Assembly (NCBI GenBank): GCA_026388495.1
Contig: JAPLJQ010000408.1
Span: 1,939-65,938, forward strand
DNA: 64,000 bases
Direction of reading: 5' to 3'
Origin: Deltaproteobacteria bacterium
Lineage (GTDB): Bacteria; Desulfobacterota; Syntrophia; Syntrophales; UBA2185
Shown here: piece after piece, positions 1 through 12,673 of the stretch
Layout of the letters: every line of letters starts with the position of its first letter
Position numbering within the stretch: position 1 is the stretch's first letter
Program-made: the position numbers and the translations under genes
Notes under the pieces: generated by a model
Told to the model about the DNA's origin: nothing
Database searches by the model: none
What the model saw: only the letters and a program-made list of their open reading frames with translations

Positions 1-139
1 GGGGGAGCAGCGGATGGGGGAAAATCTTCATATATTTCTTGACAGGTGAGGTACGGCGTGAGAGTAAAAAACGCTTTTTTTACAAGGTCTGTGATAACGC
101 GGGCAGGGTAGGGTGAGACCCGATAGAAAGGTGTGAGCT

Positions 140-1321
140 ATGGCGATCGCAAAAAAAATCCACGGGTTTATGACGCAGGCCTCCTTTATCCGGAAGATGT
201 TCGAGGAAGGGGTCCGGCTTAAACAGAAATACGGTGCGGAGAATGTCTTCGATTTCAGTCTCGGGAATCCCAACATCGATCCCCCGGAGGCCGTCAAGGC
301 GCGGCTGCGTGAGCTGGTTTCCGCCGAGATTCCGGGGAAACACATGTACATGCCGAACGCCGGATATCCGGAGACCCGTGAGGCCGTTGCGGCGGAGGTG
401 AGCGTTTCCCGTGGGGTGGCGCTCACGGCCGACCAGATCGTGATGACCTGCGGCGCCGGCGGCGCATTGAACGTCATTCTGAAAACGATCCTCGATCCGG
501 GGGATGAGGTGATCATCCCGGCCCCCTTTTTCGTAGAGTACCGCTTCTATGTGGACAATGCCGGCGGCGCGACCCGAATCGTCCCGCTGCGGGAGGATTT
601 TTCCCTCGATCTCAATGCGATCCGGGAAGCCGTGACCGAAAAAACCAGGGCCGTCCTGATCAACTCTCCGAACAACCCGACGGGGAAGGTCTATGACGGG
701 GCGTCCATCCGCGGTCTTGCGACGCTCCTGGCCGAGAGGGGAAAGGAACTCAACCGCGAGATCTACCTGATCTCCGACGAACCCTACAGCGAAATCGTTT
801 ATGACGGGGTGGCGGTTCCGAGCGTGATGAAGGCTTATCCCCACAGCTTCGTTGCCTCCTCCTACTCCAAAACGCTTTCCCTTCCCGGCGAGCGGATCGG
901 CTATATTGCCGTGAATCCCGCAATGGCAGATCTTGAGGAGGTTATGGACGGGCTCACGCTCTGCAACCGGATCCTCGGTTTTGTGAATGCCCCCGCCCTG
1001 ATGCAGCGGGCGATCGCCGGCCTCCGGGGGGTGAGGGTGGATGTGGAGACCTACTGCAAAAAACGGGATCTTCTATGCGACGGCCTCGCCTCGGTCGGAT
1101 ACCGGGTTAGCAAACCGGAAGGGGCCTTTTATTTATTCCCCCGGACGCCCATTGCCGACGATGTCCGGTTTGCAGAAGCGCTCCGGAAGCGGCGGATCCT
1201 CACCGTCCCCGGGAGCGGCTTCTGCGGTCCCGGCCATATCCGGATTGCCTACTGTGTGGACGATGCCACGATTCTGGGCGCCATCGAAGGCTTCGGGGAG
1301 GTCTGGAAGGAATTCAAATAG
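140..1321 (+). CDS. PLP-dependent class I/II aminotransferase (AspC/AlaT-like)
   Basis: 393-aa ORF, ATG preceded by AAAGGTG; motifs FDFSLGNPN, NSPNNPTG and SYSKTLSLPGERIGY (PLP-lysine region) typical of fold-type I aminotransferases. Confidence 0.9.
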   Translation: MAIAKKIHGFMTQASFIRKMFEEGVRLKQKYGAENVFDFSLGNPNIDPPEAVKARLRELVSAEIPGKHMYMPNAGYPETREAVAAEVSVSRGVALTADQIVMTCGAGGALNVILKTILDPGDEVIIPAPFFVEYRFYVDNAGGATRIVPLREDFSLDLNAIREAVTEKTRAVLINSPNNPTGKVYDGASIRGLATLLAERGKELNREIYLISDEPYSEIVYDGVAVPSVMKAYPHSFVASSYSKTLSLPGERIGYIAVNPAMADLEEVMDGLTLCNRILGFVNAPALMQRAIAGLRGVRVDVETYCKKRDLLCDGLASVGYRVSKPEGAFYLFPRTPIADDVRFAEALRKRRILTVPGSGFCGPGHIRIAYCVDDATILGAIEGFGEVWKEFK

Positions 1322-1330
1322 GGGAGGGCG

Positions 1331-3657
<2,327 letters not shown>

Positions 3658-3724
3658 TCACCCTGTTGAAGTTCAGCGTTTTTCAAAACGAGACCTTTGA
3701 ATTTCTGCCAAAACTTGGTAAATT

Positions 3725-3859
3725 GTCATTTGTGCCCCGTATCAAATACGGGGTAAACTCCAGTAGGAATCCAGTCCTTGTCTGGTTCCCGGCCTTCGCC
3801 GGGACGACGTCTGGATTCCCGCCGGAGTTTACCCTCGCGAAAGCGGGGGTGGGAATGAC
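3725..3859. repeat. MITE-like intergenic repeat, family A (copy 1, composite)
   Basis: Begins GTCATT, ends GGAATGAC; contains hairpin CCCCGTATCAAATACGGGG and CTGGxTxCCGGCxTTCGCCGG core shared with 7416-7504 and 21419-21519. Confidence 0.75.
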
Positions 3860-3937
3860 AAACTGGGGGTATTTTTCAATAAGCTCTCAAAACAGCCGCC
3901 TGTGTGCGAGGGGGTTTTCCCCAGCCATCTTAGGCTA

Positions 3938-4204
3938 TCACGATTTGACCAGTCGCAGCTCCGGTTTTCCCCTCGGGGGTTTTTCCGGTCCGGTCTCTTG
4001 CTGCCGCAGGAGCTGTTCGTTGAAGATGTGGTTTTTGGCCCGGACCGCGTTGATGATGAAAAAAATGATGACCGCTTTTTCCCATTCTTTTGAGGGTTCG
4101 AAATGCTCCATCCGCTTCTTGTATTTTTCCCAGAGGGAGGAGAGGGAGGCCTCGTCGAGGCCGAGGATCTGTTGCGCCAGTCTGTCAAGTGAGGATTCAA
4201 GCAT
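3938..4204 (-). CDS. small hypothetical protein (88 aa from MLESSLDRLAQQILG...)
   Basis: ORF in otherwise non-coding gap; protein-like composition; internal ATG at 4204 preferred over the upstream in-frame start at 4267 that runs into repeat-rich DNA; no family recognised. Confidence 0.5.
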   Translation of the reverse strand: MLESSLDRLAQQILGLDEASLSSLWEKYKKRMEHFEPSKEWEKAVIIFFIINAVRAKNHIFNEQLLRQQETGPEKPPRGKPELRLVKS

Positions 4205-4339
4205 CGTGTTTGACCCCGGGATCCATTTTTTCGAGCCCATCCTAACTTCAGCCGTGCGGAAAGTCAAACCGAAACAGGATCCGAAACAGGATCGGGCGAC
4301 GCCGCGACGAAATAATCCTGTGCAAAAAATCGATCAAAA

Positions 4340-4379
4340 AATAGGACATTTCTACTTTGGTAGGAATAGGACATTTCTA
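4340..4379 (+). repeat. two copies of 15-bp direct repeat AATAGGACATTTCTA spaced 25 bp
   Basis: Exact 15-mers at 4340-4354 and 4365-4379 in the divergent intergenic region, just upstream of a consensus promoter. Confidence 0.8.
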
Positions 4380-4407
4380 TTGTGGCTTGACACGATCAAA
4401 AATTCAA

Positions 4408-4436
4408 TTGACACGCAAGATCATTCTTCATATACT
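4408..4436 (+). promoter_or_regulatory. sigma70-type promoter for the dsbC-like gene
   Basis: TTGACA (4408-4413), 17-nt spacer, TATACT (4431-4436); about 100 nt upstream of the ATG at 4539. Confidence 0.6.
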
Positions 4437-4538
4437 CCCGCCACGAAAAGGCAATGCCTTGTCAGTCCATCTTTCTGGGGCCATGCGGAAAGGTCATCAT
4501 AACGATGGTTCACAAAAAATAGAAATGGAGAACAGATC

Positions 4539-5261
4539 ATGAATATTCGCCTGAAAGCTTTCCTCAGCCTCTGCGTCCTGATGGTCATTATGACCGGCGC
4601 CCCTCTTTTGGCGGCCACGCCTGAGGAATCCTTCAAGAAGAGTTACCCAAAATACCCTCTGGACAGCATCACCCCCACCGCCGTCCCCGGAGTTTACGAA
4701 ATCGTTGTCTCAGGCAAGATCGCCTATTACGCCCCGGGGGCGGAGTACATCTTCACCGGGGTGATCATAACCCCGGACGGGAAAAACCTGACGCAAGAAC
4801 GAAGCAGTGAGATCCAGGGAAGGAAGTTCAAGGACCTCCCGCTCGAAAAGGCTCTGAAGATCGGCAGCGGTCCCCACAAGGTGATCGAAATCACCGATCC
4901 GGACTGTCCTTTCTGCCGGACGGCCGCCACCTTTTTTTCGGGAAGAAATGACGTGACGCGGTATATCTTCCTCTATCCGCTCGCCTCGCTCCATCCGAAC
5001 GCCGAGGCAAAGGTCCGTCAGATTTTTTGCGCCGAAGACCAAGCCCGGGCATATGAGGAGGCGATGACCGGAAAACTCGATGACATGAAATTCACACCCT
5101 GCAAGAACGACAAGGTGGACAACCTTCTGAAGGCCCACAAGGAGATCGGTGACCGGATCGGGGTGGCGGGTGCGGGTACGCCCCTATTTCTCATCGACGG
5201 GGAGGTCGTCAACGGTGCGAACATTCCGCAGATAGAGAAGATCCTCGGCGCCAAGAAGTAG
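4539..5261 (+). CDS. periplasmic thiol:disulfide interchange protein (DsbC/DsbG-like thioredoxin fold)
   Basis: 240 aa; N-terminal signal peptide MNIRLKAFLSLCVLMVIMTGAPLLAA; redox motif DPDCPFCR; GGAGA RBS 9 nt upstream. Confidence 0.8.
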   Translation: MNIRLKAFLSLCVLMVIMTGAPLLAATPEESFKKSYPKYPLDSITPTAVPGVYEIVVSGKIAYYAPGAEYIFTGVIITPDGKNLTQERSSEIQGRKFKDLPLEKALKIGSGPHKVIEITDPDCPFCRTAATFFSGRNDVTRYIFLYPLASLHPNAEAKVRQIFCAEDQARAYEEAMTGKLDDMKFTPCKNDKVDNLLKAHKEIGDRIGVAGAGTPLFLIDGEVVNGANIPQIEKILGAKK

Positions 5262-5376
5262 AGAGAGTAACCGATATCCGGCAGGCAATTGCGCAATTGC
5301 GCCCCCCTCCCGGGCATCGCCCCGATGGCGGACGATCCCTATCGATTTTAAACAGCGACTATCAACCAGTCACCGA

Positions 5377-6354
5377 TCAGTATTTGTGACGCCCCAGGAG
5401 GCGTTCCAGCAACCTGGGACGATCAAACAGGCTCCAGAGGTACCCGTCGTCCACCACTTTCCCGCTTTGAATCCGTTGACGTTTTTTTAATGCCCGCTTC
5501 AAACCTTTCAGGGCGTCTTTCTTTGCCCTGAAAAAATCCTTTCCCCGACCGCTGATGACAAAATAGGTCAAGGCAGCGAGGTCATAAAGGAAGTGCGGAA
5601 TGATCGTTTTGAGCAGTAGCCGGGAAGGCATATTCTGAATGTAGACCCACTCCAGGTTCCGGTGGCCGTAATAAACCGAACGTGAGGAATCATGAACAAT
5701 ACTTGAACTGCCCTTGTGATAAACAAGCGCCTCCGGAACATAAAGGCACTTATAACCTTTCAATTGCGCTCGGAAACTCAGATCCACATCTTCGTACAGT
5801 AAAAAAAAATCTTCATCAAAGAAACCAATGTCGCGAAGCATTGCCATGCGGTAAAGCGCAGCCGCCGCGCAGGCGCCGAACACCCATTCGCGGATCTCAT
5901 AGCGGTCCGCTGATAATCCCCTGCCTCGCAGCAGGGCCGCTCCGGCTCTTGTGTATCCGTCTCCGGCGCGATCGATCATCTCCCGCCTGTTGTTGAGAAG
6001 CATCTTCGATGCCGCCAGCCCGGCCTGCGGGTGCTCTTCCATCGCCTCGACAAGAGATTTCAGCCATAAGGGGTCGGGAACCGCATCGTTATTCAGCAGT
6101 GCGACAAATTCGGTCTCAACCGTGTGAAGCGCAATATTGTTCGCCGCGGCAAATCCCCTGTTGTCCTGCAAGGCCACAATGCTGACTTCCGGGTAATTTT
6201 CGGAGACGAACGCCGTTGAACCATCTTGAGAACCGTTATCAATCAGTATGACCGAAAAAGCCCGGTAAACCTGCCGGCGCAGGCCCTCCAGACATTCCGG
6301 AAGAAATTCCCTGCCGTTCCAGTTGATGATGACAATGGATACCATAGGATCCAT
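5377..6354 (-). CDS. glycosyltransferase family 2
   Basis: 325 aa; VSIVIINWNG, LIDNGSQDGS, LNNDA, YEDVDLSFR motifs of GT-A/GT2 (rhamnosyltransferase-like). Confidence 0.85.
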   Translation of the reverse strand: MDPMVSIVIINWNGREFLPECLEGLRRQVYRAFSVILIDNGSQDGSTAFVSENYPEVSIVALQDNRGFAAANNIALHTVETEFVALLNNDAVPDPLWLKSLVEAMEEHPQAGLAASKMLLNNRREMIDRAGDGYTRAGAALLRGRGLSADRYEIREWVFGACAAAALYRMAMLRDIGFFDEDFFLLYEDVDLSFRAQLKGYKCLYVPEALVYHKGSSSIVHDSSRSVYYGHRNLEWVYIQNMPSRLLLKTIIPHFLYDLAALTYFVISGRGKDFFRAKKDALKGLKRALKKRQRIQSGKVVDDGYLWSLFDRPRLLERLLGRHKY

Positions 6355-6422
6355 GCTCTAACCCTTGCCGCTCGATTCATGCCAAAGATGCACCGCCGGA
6401 TCAGCGCCTGAAGCACAGAGAG

Positions 6423-7358
6423 TCATTCACGTTCCTTTGACTTTTGCAACCATTCCCAGGTTCGCGCAATACCCTCTTCCCAGGATACTTCAGGCTGCCA
6501 GCCGAGCTCCTTCCGTGCCAACTGAATATCCAGACAATTTACCGGGACATCCAATCTTCTCGCCGGCGTATACCGCACGATCGGCTCCACGCCGGTTACT
6601 ACACGGATGATCGATAAAATATCGTTCAGCGAACGGGCCCGGCCACCGGCAATATTATAGATTTTCGACGGAGGATCGGACTCGATCACCCGTATGAAGG
6701 CGTCGACGAGATCACCGATGTAAAAATAGTCTCTTGCCACCGAGCCATCACCCCAGATCGTGATCGGCTGCCGTAAAAGTGTTTCTCCCAAGAAAACGGC
6801 AACCGCCCCCTGGACACTGTCAATGCGTTGTCTTTCGCCATAAGGGTTTGCAAGACGCAGTACCGTATAATCGAGGTTGTGAAGATGATGGAAGAGTGCA
6901 AGATACTTTTCGATAGCCAGCTTGGTAATGCCATAGGAACAAACGGGATTCGTTTCATGGGTTTCCGGAATGGGCACTGAACGAGGAATGCCGTAAACCG
7001 TCCCACCGGAGGAGGAAAATATAATTTTCCTGACCCCTTTTGCCACTGCCTGCTTCAAAAGGTTCAAGGTCCCTATAACATTGCTTTCCACATCATAAGC
7101 CGGGTTTTCATTTGAAGGCCCTGGCAACGTTGTGCACACCAGATAGACAACCACGTCAACATCTTCCAGGGCGAGTGAAATATCATTCACATTGTTGAAA
7201 TCACCGCCCAAGATCTCCACGGAGTCAATACTCTGTTTCAGATTGACCGTGCTGATATTGGGAAGGTCAAAAATTCTTACCCTGTGGCCCCTCGCAACCA
7301 AGGCATCCACGATGTGTGAACCCATAAAGCCGGCTCCGCCCAGAACGAGGCAATGCAT
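6423..7358 (-). CDS. NAD-dependent epimerase/dehydratase (extended SDR, GalE-like)
   Basis: 311 aa; GGAGFMGSH Rossmann motif; catalytic SYGITK (YxxxK); GGGGAG RBS. Confidence 0.85.
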   Translation of the reverse strand: MHCLVLGGAGFMGSHIVDALVARGHRVRIFDLPNISTVNLKQSIDSVEILGGDFNNVNDISLALEDVDVVVYLVCTTLPGPSNENPAYDVESNVIGTLNLLKQAVAKGVRKIIFSSSGGTVYGIPRSVPIPETHETNPVCSYGITKLAIEKYLALFHHLHNLDYTVLRLANPYGERQRIDSVQGAVAVFLGETLLRQPITIWGDGSVARDYFYIGDLVDAFIRVIESDPPSKIYNIAGGRARSLNDILSIIRVVTGVEPIVRYTPARRLDVPVNCLDIQLARKELGWQPEVSWEEGIARTWEWLQKSKERE

Positions 7359-7415
7359 ATCAATTATCTCCCCATACAGAGTGTTATTACCATGGCAATA
7401 GTATATGTCAAAGTC

Positions 7416-7504
7416 GTCATTCCGGCGAAAGCCGGAATCCAGAATTAATTTGTCTGGATGCCGGATCTGGCCTGCCCCGTACCTGATACGGGGTCCGGCA
7501 TGAC
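7416..7504. repeat. MITE-like intergenic repeat, family A (copy 2, inverted relative to copies 1 and 3)
   Basis: GTCATTCCGGCGAAAGCCGGAATCCAG ... CCCCGTACCTGATACGGGG ... GGCATGAC; terminal GTCAT/ATGAC inverted repeats. Confidence 0.8.
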
Positions 7505-7547
7505 ATTTTACCTGTTTTGTCGCCGGAGTATTAAGACGGCCGAGACC

Positions 7548-8915
7548 TCATGCCACTGTCCGGCAGTGAACAACATCATCATAAATCCGTTCCAGTTCGT
7601 CAACATAAGAGGAGATCGATTTCGGCTGTCTGGCGTGATCGGACAAATGTTTGACCACTGATCGGTCATTGCAGAGCATCCGGATGATATCTGCAAGCCT
7701 TTTCACATCCCCTCTTTCAAACCGAAAGCCGTTTTCTCCGTTGGCAATCACCTCATTCATCCCCTCTGAATCCGTAGCCACGACAGGCACCCGCGCCGCC
7801 TGCGCAAAAGAGAGCACTAAGGGACTGTTTTCATACCATAACGATGGAATAATCAACACATCTAATCGATTAAAAATGTCTCCAATCGAATGATTAGGGA
7901 AGGTGCCGCAAAATGCTATACGATGGTCATTTCCGGCTACTGATCGCAAGGTCTTGGCATATTCGGGAAACTGCTCAAGTTCGCCGTATATTTTTACCTC
8001 CAGAGGCATTTCTGTTGGCAAGGAACGCACCGCTTCGAGCAACACATGGGCGCCCTTATGGGAGTATAGGGTCCCGATGAAACCGATCCGGAGATGCTTT
8101 GCTGTTCCTTTTGTCGAAACGCTCATGATATGGGTGCGGTCGATTCCAAAAGGAACATGCCGGATTTTCTTTTCTTCCAGGCCATAACGATGCAGCATTT
8201 CTCCCATGAATCGGGTGGCCACCAACACCAAGCCTATCCGGTTCATCCGCTTTTCCATGTACGCAGGTCTGGAGGCCAGGGCATGTACAAGGGGAACAAT
8301 GCCCTTCTCAGGCCGGAAGGCAGCGCATTTGACCCATCGTATCAAAACGGCCATCAGTCCGTTTGGCAACCGATCCAGGATGGATCGGATCCTTTGCCCT
8401 TGTGAAATGGCAGCAAGGTGGCGCACGCAATTTACCATTCCCTTGTCAGGGCCCAAACACCGGGAGTGATCGGGCAGGAGCAATTGATTGGTCGGGCAAA
8501 TCAGCCAGAAATCCGTCGCCGTAAAAACAGTCGGAATCTTTAATTCATGACAGACATCAATGGCTGCTGCAGAAAGCCGCTGCAGGTGGTAAAAATGGAC
8601 CAGATCCGGTTTCAGCTCCTGAATCCGTCTGCGAAAGAAATCTGCAAAGAACAGGTTGTTATATTCCGCTTCCATCGGATTCCGGGGTCGAATCGATGAG
8701 GTATTGGAATAAAAAAAACGATCGACGGATATCCCGTCATGTTCGTAGCGGTCAAAGGCATGAGATGCTGCGACAGCCCCCTTCACAGGATATCCCGTAA
8801 AGATACAGACCTCATGCCCGCGCCTGGCTATTTCTTTCGCCGTACTGTATGTGAGGATTTCAGTACCCGCAGCATAGTCGGGAAGAAACTGATGGGTTGT
8901 ATAGAGTATTTTCAT
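7548..8915 (-). CDS. glycosyltransferase family 4 (GT-B)
   Basis: 455 aa; N-terminal KILYTTHQFLPDYAAGTE and C-terminal YENSPLVLSFAQAARVPVVATDSEGMNEVI (E-x7-E region). Confidence 0.8.
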   Translation of the reverse strand: MKILYTTHQFLPDYAAGTEILTYSTAKEIARRGHEVCIFTGYPVKGAVAASHAFDRYEHDGISVDRFFYSNTSSIRPRNPMEAEYNNLFFADFFRRRIQELKPDLVHFYHLQRLSAAAIDVCHELKIPTVFTATDFWLICPTNQLLLPDHSRCLGPDKGMVNCVRHLAAISQGQRIRSILDRLPNGLMAVLIRWVKCAAFRPEKGIVPLVHALASRPAYMEKRMNRIGLVLVATRFMGEMLHRYGLEEKKIRHVPFGIDRTHIMSVSTKGTAKHLRIGFIGTLYSHKGAHVLLEAVRSLPTEMPLEVKIYGELEQFPEYAKTLRSVAGNDHRIAFCGTFPNHSIGDIFNRLDVLIIPSLWYENSPLVLSFAQAARVPVVATDSEGMNEVIANGENGFRFERGDVKRLADIIRMLCNDRSVVKHLSDHARQPKSISSYVDELERIYDDVVHCRTVA

Positions 8916-8957
8916 GGGTTTTGCAGCCCATCATTTTGTCCACCCAAGTTGTTGAGC

Positions 8958-11246
8958 TTATGCAACACCTTGATATTCCAGCCTTTTCAGGAGTTTTTTT
9001 CCAATGGCCTTCAGAAACCGGTTATGAATAACGATTCGACCAAGCCAGGTTCGGCTCAAAAGAATAGCAAACCTTGCAACCGCCTGCACCTCCGGAGGCG
9101 TGGTCAGCAACGCAGTATCGGCAGTTGACGAAGGAGGTTTGGTATTCCATAGCCAATCCGCTGTCTCCCCAAGACGTTTGCATTCAAGCGACAGGGTTGC
9201 CAATTCCCGCCCAAAGCCCTGGCTGATCGGATATCGCGGATGGTCAATCCTGAGCTGATGGGCTTCGTCCAGGAGTGCAAGAAAATTATCAATCATACCC
9301 TCCCATGATAATTTTAACGCGGCAAGCGCCTTGCCCTGTTTCGACATCTGTTGCAATTTTGCAGAATGGGAAAGCAAGCGGCGAATTGCATCCAAATATT
9401 CTCGAAGCTCGTTGTCCCCCTGCGGGATCAACACGCCCGCATCCCGGGTCACAATCTCGTCATGTCCGCCAACATCGGCCACGACAGGCACGACACCGGC
9501 AGCCATTGATTCCAGGAGTGCGATCGAAATGCCCTCATATTGGGAAGGCATCAGGAAAATATCCGAGGCGATCAGAATATCAAGCCATCTTTGATGCGGA
9601 ACCGAGGCCAGCATCTGGACATGGTCAGCCAAATGATACTGGCCCAGCAGGTCTTTCAGTTGCGCCTTCAGCTCACCATCGCCGATGATGAGCGCCCGGA
9701 ATATAAGACCCTGATCGCGTGCCGCCCTGAGGATATCCGCCAGCAGGAACGGGCGTTTTTGTTCACAAATCCGTCCGGCAAAGACAATCAACGGCGTGTC
9801 TTCCGGGATATTCAGCTCCGACCGCACCGAGCTTCGCACTTCATCGGGCTGACCGGATTGGGAAACCCTTACGCCTGTATACATCACCCTGATTCGCCCG
9901 CCGTCGGCGCCACGGTTCTTCATCCATCTGGCCAGATGCCTGTTGGTTACAATATTCAACTCAAGTGCATCCTGATAGCCCACACCGAACCTGGGATGCC
10001 CCCCGTTCAACCAGTGAGGTTCCTCGGCATGGCACATGTCAACAAACGCCACCCCCGGCGAGACAGCCCTCAGATAGGGCAGGAAGTAGTATCCGATGGT
10101 GCTGCCTGTAATGACGACCGTATCGATTTTCCGGGACTGGATCAGGTATGCCAGGAATCGCGGATAGTCCGACGCATGGAGGATATTCGGCAAGATGAAG
10201 ATATCGGGCGTAAAGCGACTGAACTGATGCTCCCAGTGGTGATCGGCCGGCAGGGTCGCGCAGATGGTTATATCATGCCCCTTAGCCGTCAATCCCTCGA
10301 TCAGGTCAAGATTGACGCGGTCGGCTCCGCCCGTTGTCATCCAGGGGAGGATGAACATGATCCGTCTCCCCGACGGATTCGCCGACAGAGAATTGGACAC
10401 AGCGGAATTTGTCTCGATCGTCTCGTATGGCGCCGGATGACGTCGCACAGGCTCCGGGAAGTGTTTGTCCAGGCCTTCATATTTCCGGTGCATCCTTCTT
10501 TCGAATTCCTCGTTGACATTTCCGGACCGCATGATCTTTTCAAAACGACCGTCGCCGCGTTTACGATACCATAGCAGAAATTCACGGATCGTGTAGCCCC
10601 AGTGCCCCGCTTTTGCCATGGCCAGCCAGAAATCCCAGTCCTCATGGCCAAACCGGATGGACTCGTCAAAACCGCCGCAGCCTTCATACGCGGAACGTCG
10701 TACCACGGCAAAAGAGGGGCCGCTGTTGGCCTGCAAGTGCGTTTTGCCCCTTTCAAATCCAGTCGTCCAAAGATATTCCTGATTGCCAAACACGACGCTG
10801 CAAGCATTGCAGAAAGCAAACTCCGGGTTGGAATCGAGGAACCAGACACATTTCTCAAGGTACGTCGGTTCCACCATGTCGTCGCTGTCCAGGAGGCAAA
10901 CGTAGCGGCCTGACGTGTTGCGAAAGGCATTGTTGCGCGCTGCGCCGGGCCCGGCATTTTCTTGTCGGATGACCTTGATGCGCTTGTCTTTTGCTGTTAC
11001 ACCGACAAGTCGCTTTACAGATTCCTCGTCCGTAGAACCATCGTCAACAATCACCCATTCCCAGTTCTGTAAGGATTGTGCCTGCAGCGATACAAACGTC
11101 TCAACAAAGAGTTCCTCCGTGTTGTAGTAAGGGGTAATAACCGACACGTCAATGTGCTCAAAAACGGAATCTCCCCTCTTGTAATTGCGCGGGAGTGCCC
11201 TGCGGCCAGGCAAATCGGAAAAGTCAGGTTCCAGGCAATTGATCAT
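8958..11246 (-). CDS. two-domain glycosyltransferase (N-terminal GT2 + C-terminal GT4)
   Basis: 762 aa; GT2 motifs VSVITPYYNTEE, VIVDDGSTD, LDSDDM; GT4 motifs ILPWMTTGGADR and PSQYEGISIALLESMAAGVVPVV. Confidence 0.85.
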   Translation of the reverse strand: MINCLEPDFSDLPGRRALPRNYKRGDSVFEHIDVSVITPYYNTEELFVETFVSLQAQSLQNWEWVIVDDGSTDEESVKRLVGVTAKDKRIKVIRQENAGPGAARNNAFRNTSGRYVCLLDSDDMVEPTYLEKCVWFLDSNPEFAFCNACSVVFGNQEYLWTTGFERGKTHLQANSGPSFAVVRRSAYEGCGGFDESIRFGHEDWDFWLAMAKAGHWGYTIREFLLWYRKRGDGRFEKIMRSGNVNEEFERRMHRKYEGLDKHFPEPVRRHPAPYETIETNSAVSNSLSANPSGRRIMFILPWMTTGGADRVNLDLIEGLTAKGHDITICATLPADHHWEHQFSRFTPDIFILPNILHASDYPRFLAYLIQSRKIDTVVITGSTIGYYFLPYLRAVSPGVAFVDMCHAEEPHWLNGGHPRFGVGYQDALELNIVTNRHLARWMKNRGADGGRIRVMYTGVRVSQSGQPDEVRSSVRSELNIPEDTPLIVFAGRICEQKRPFLLADILRAARDQGLIFRALIIGDGELKAQLKDLLGQYHLADHVQMLASVPHQRWLDILIASDIFLMPSQYEGISIALLESMAAGVVPVVADVGGHDEIVTRDAGVLIPQGDNELREYLDAIRRLLSHSAKLQQMSKQGKALAALKLSWEGMIDNFLALLDEAHQLRIDHPRYPISQGFGRELATLSLECKRLGETADWLWNTKPPSSTADTALLTTPPEVQAVARFAILLSRTWLGRIVIHNRFLKAIGKKLLKRLEYQGVA

Positions 11247-11439
11247 GATAACCTATCCTATGTTACTATCATTCGGTCGCCACAAACCAGACCCGGGCGC
11301 CTGCAAGATGACCTTGGATGGTCACCTTTGGATTTGATGGATTGCGGCTTTGCGCGCAACTGTAAAAACCATTCCTTATCGAATCCTTTAAGAAATACCT
11401 TTTCTCTGTGGGACATTTGAATTCTTCCTTTTGGTCTGA

Positions 11440-12627
11440 TTAGTTAGTTTCCGGATTTGTGCCCAGCACCACTTTCGGCCGAGACAAGATGCGCTTTTTC
11501 GCTAAAGACATGCAGGGCTTCTCGACAAGATGATGGAGCCCCGCAGAAAGCGCTAATGTAACGATGACAAACATGATGACCTGCACGGCAACCGGCAACG
11601 AAGAGAACCAGGGGGCATGATAACTAAAGTAGAAGATGACCGGCTGATGGACGAGATAAAGCGCGAAGCTGATCTCGCCCAGATAGACGACCGGCGCACA
11701 AGCGACTAAACGACTGATCCTTCCGCGCTCATGGAAAAAGACGACAATCAAGGCAACAAAGGCGCCGGCCGAGAAACTGGCCTTCATCCAGTTTGATAAA
11801 ACGATAGATCCTTGAGCCTCTGCGAAGCTTACCGCAATGGACGTCAAAACGACACATGCCGCAACCAACACAACACAAGCTACCTCCGAGAGGTTGTTTG
11901 CAATCGCCATTCGATAACGGGTGACTGCCTCGTATGCGCTGACGCCGATTGTGAACTCAAAAATGCGGGCGAGCGGGTTGCATATAGTAAGGACAGCCAC
12001 GTCGGCATCCGGCTTATAGAGCCATAACCCACAGAGCCATGCGAAAGTCATGAGTGTGCCGATAACAACGGGCCGCCAAGGCGAGACAATCGCTTGCCGA
12101 CTGAGAAACGGAAACATGGCATAAAAGAACATTTCCGCGGAAAGTGACCATGCGGGGCCATTAAGTGCCCCGAGTCCCTTGGTGTCAGGGCTCCATGCCT
12201 GAAACAGGAATGTGGCCGAAACGATTTGCGCAGGCGTGTAGGTTGCGGCAAAATATTTTACCACGTCCCAGCCCCCACTCAGGATGATAAGCAGGATAAC
12301 GGCTATATGGCAGGGCCATAATCGCCAGAACCGCAGCGCCATAAATTTGAAATCGGTCATGCCTCCCAGCCTCTCCCTATAGGCATGCTGGAGAATGAAA
12401 CCCGAAAGCACATAGAAGAAGCTCACACCCTGGTGAAGGGGAATCGGCCCGTATGCGTGGGGCGGCAACCATAGAAGTCCCGGCAAATGGTGCATCACGA
12501 TTGCTGTTGCCGCGAAAAAACGGAGGCCGGTAAGCGCCGCGATGCGGTCCGGGGAGGCGGGGGCTGCCGAGACTCTCCAAAATACGAGGCCTCCCATCAA
12601 TCTTTCTATCCCGTTTGATAACCGCAT
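11440..12627 (-). CDS. acyltransferase family 3 (membrane O-acyltransferase)
   Basis: 395 aa, about 10 predicted TM segments; N-terminal LTGLRFFAATAIVMHH typical of Acyl_transf_3. Confidence 0.8.
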   Translation of the reverse strand: MRLSNGIERLMGGLVFWRVSAAPASPDRIAALTGLRFFAATAIVMHHLPGLLWLPPHAYGPIPLHQGVSFFYVLSGFILQHAYRERLGGMTDFKFMALRFWRLWPCHIAVILLIILSGGWDVVKYFAATYTPAQIVSATFLFQAWSPDTKGLGALNGPAWSLSAEMFFYAMFPFLSRQAIVSPWRPVVIGTLMTFAWLCGLWLYKPDADVAVLTICNPLARIFEFTIGVSAYEAVTRYRMAIANNLSEVACVVLVAACVVLTSIAVSFAEAQGSIVLSNWMKASFSAGAFVALIVVFFHERGRISRLVACAPVVYLGEISFALYLVHQPVIFYFSYHAPWFSSLPVAVQVIMFVIVTLALSAGLHHLVEKPCMSLAKKRILSRPKVVLGTNPETN

Positions 12628-12673
12628 TACTCGTTAGCCCCGGCAATCATCAGGAGAAGCAGATTTTCTGTAA

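Noticed and set aside
9540-10574. 344-aa plus-strand ORF antisense to the GT2-GT4 fusion gene (plus similar ORFs at 10337-10972)
   Set aside because: It lies opposite a gene with clear GT motifs and has an Arg/Pro-rich composition. It is an antisense artefact.
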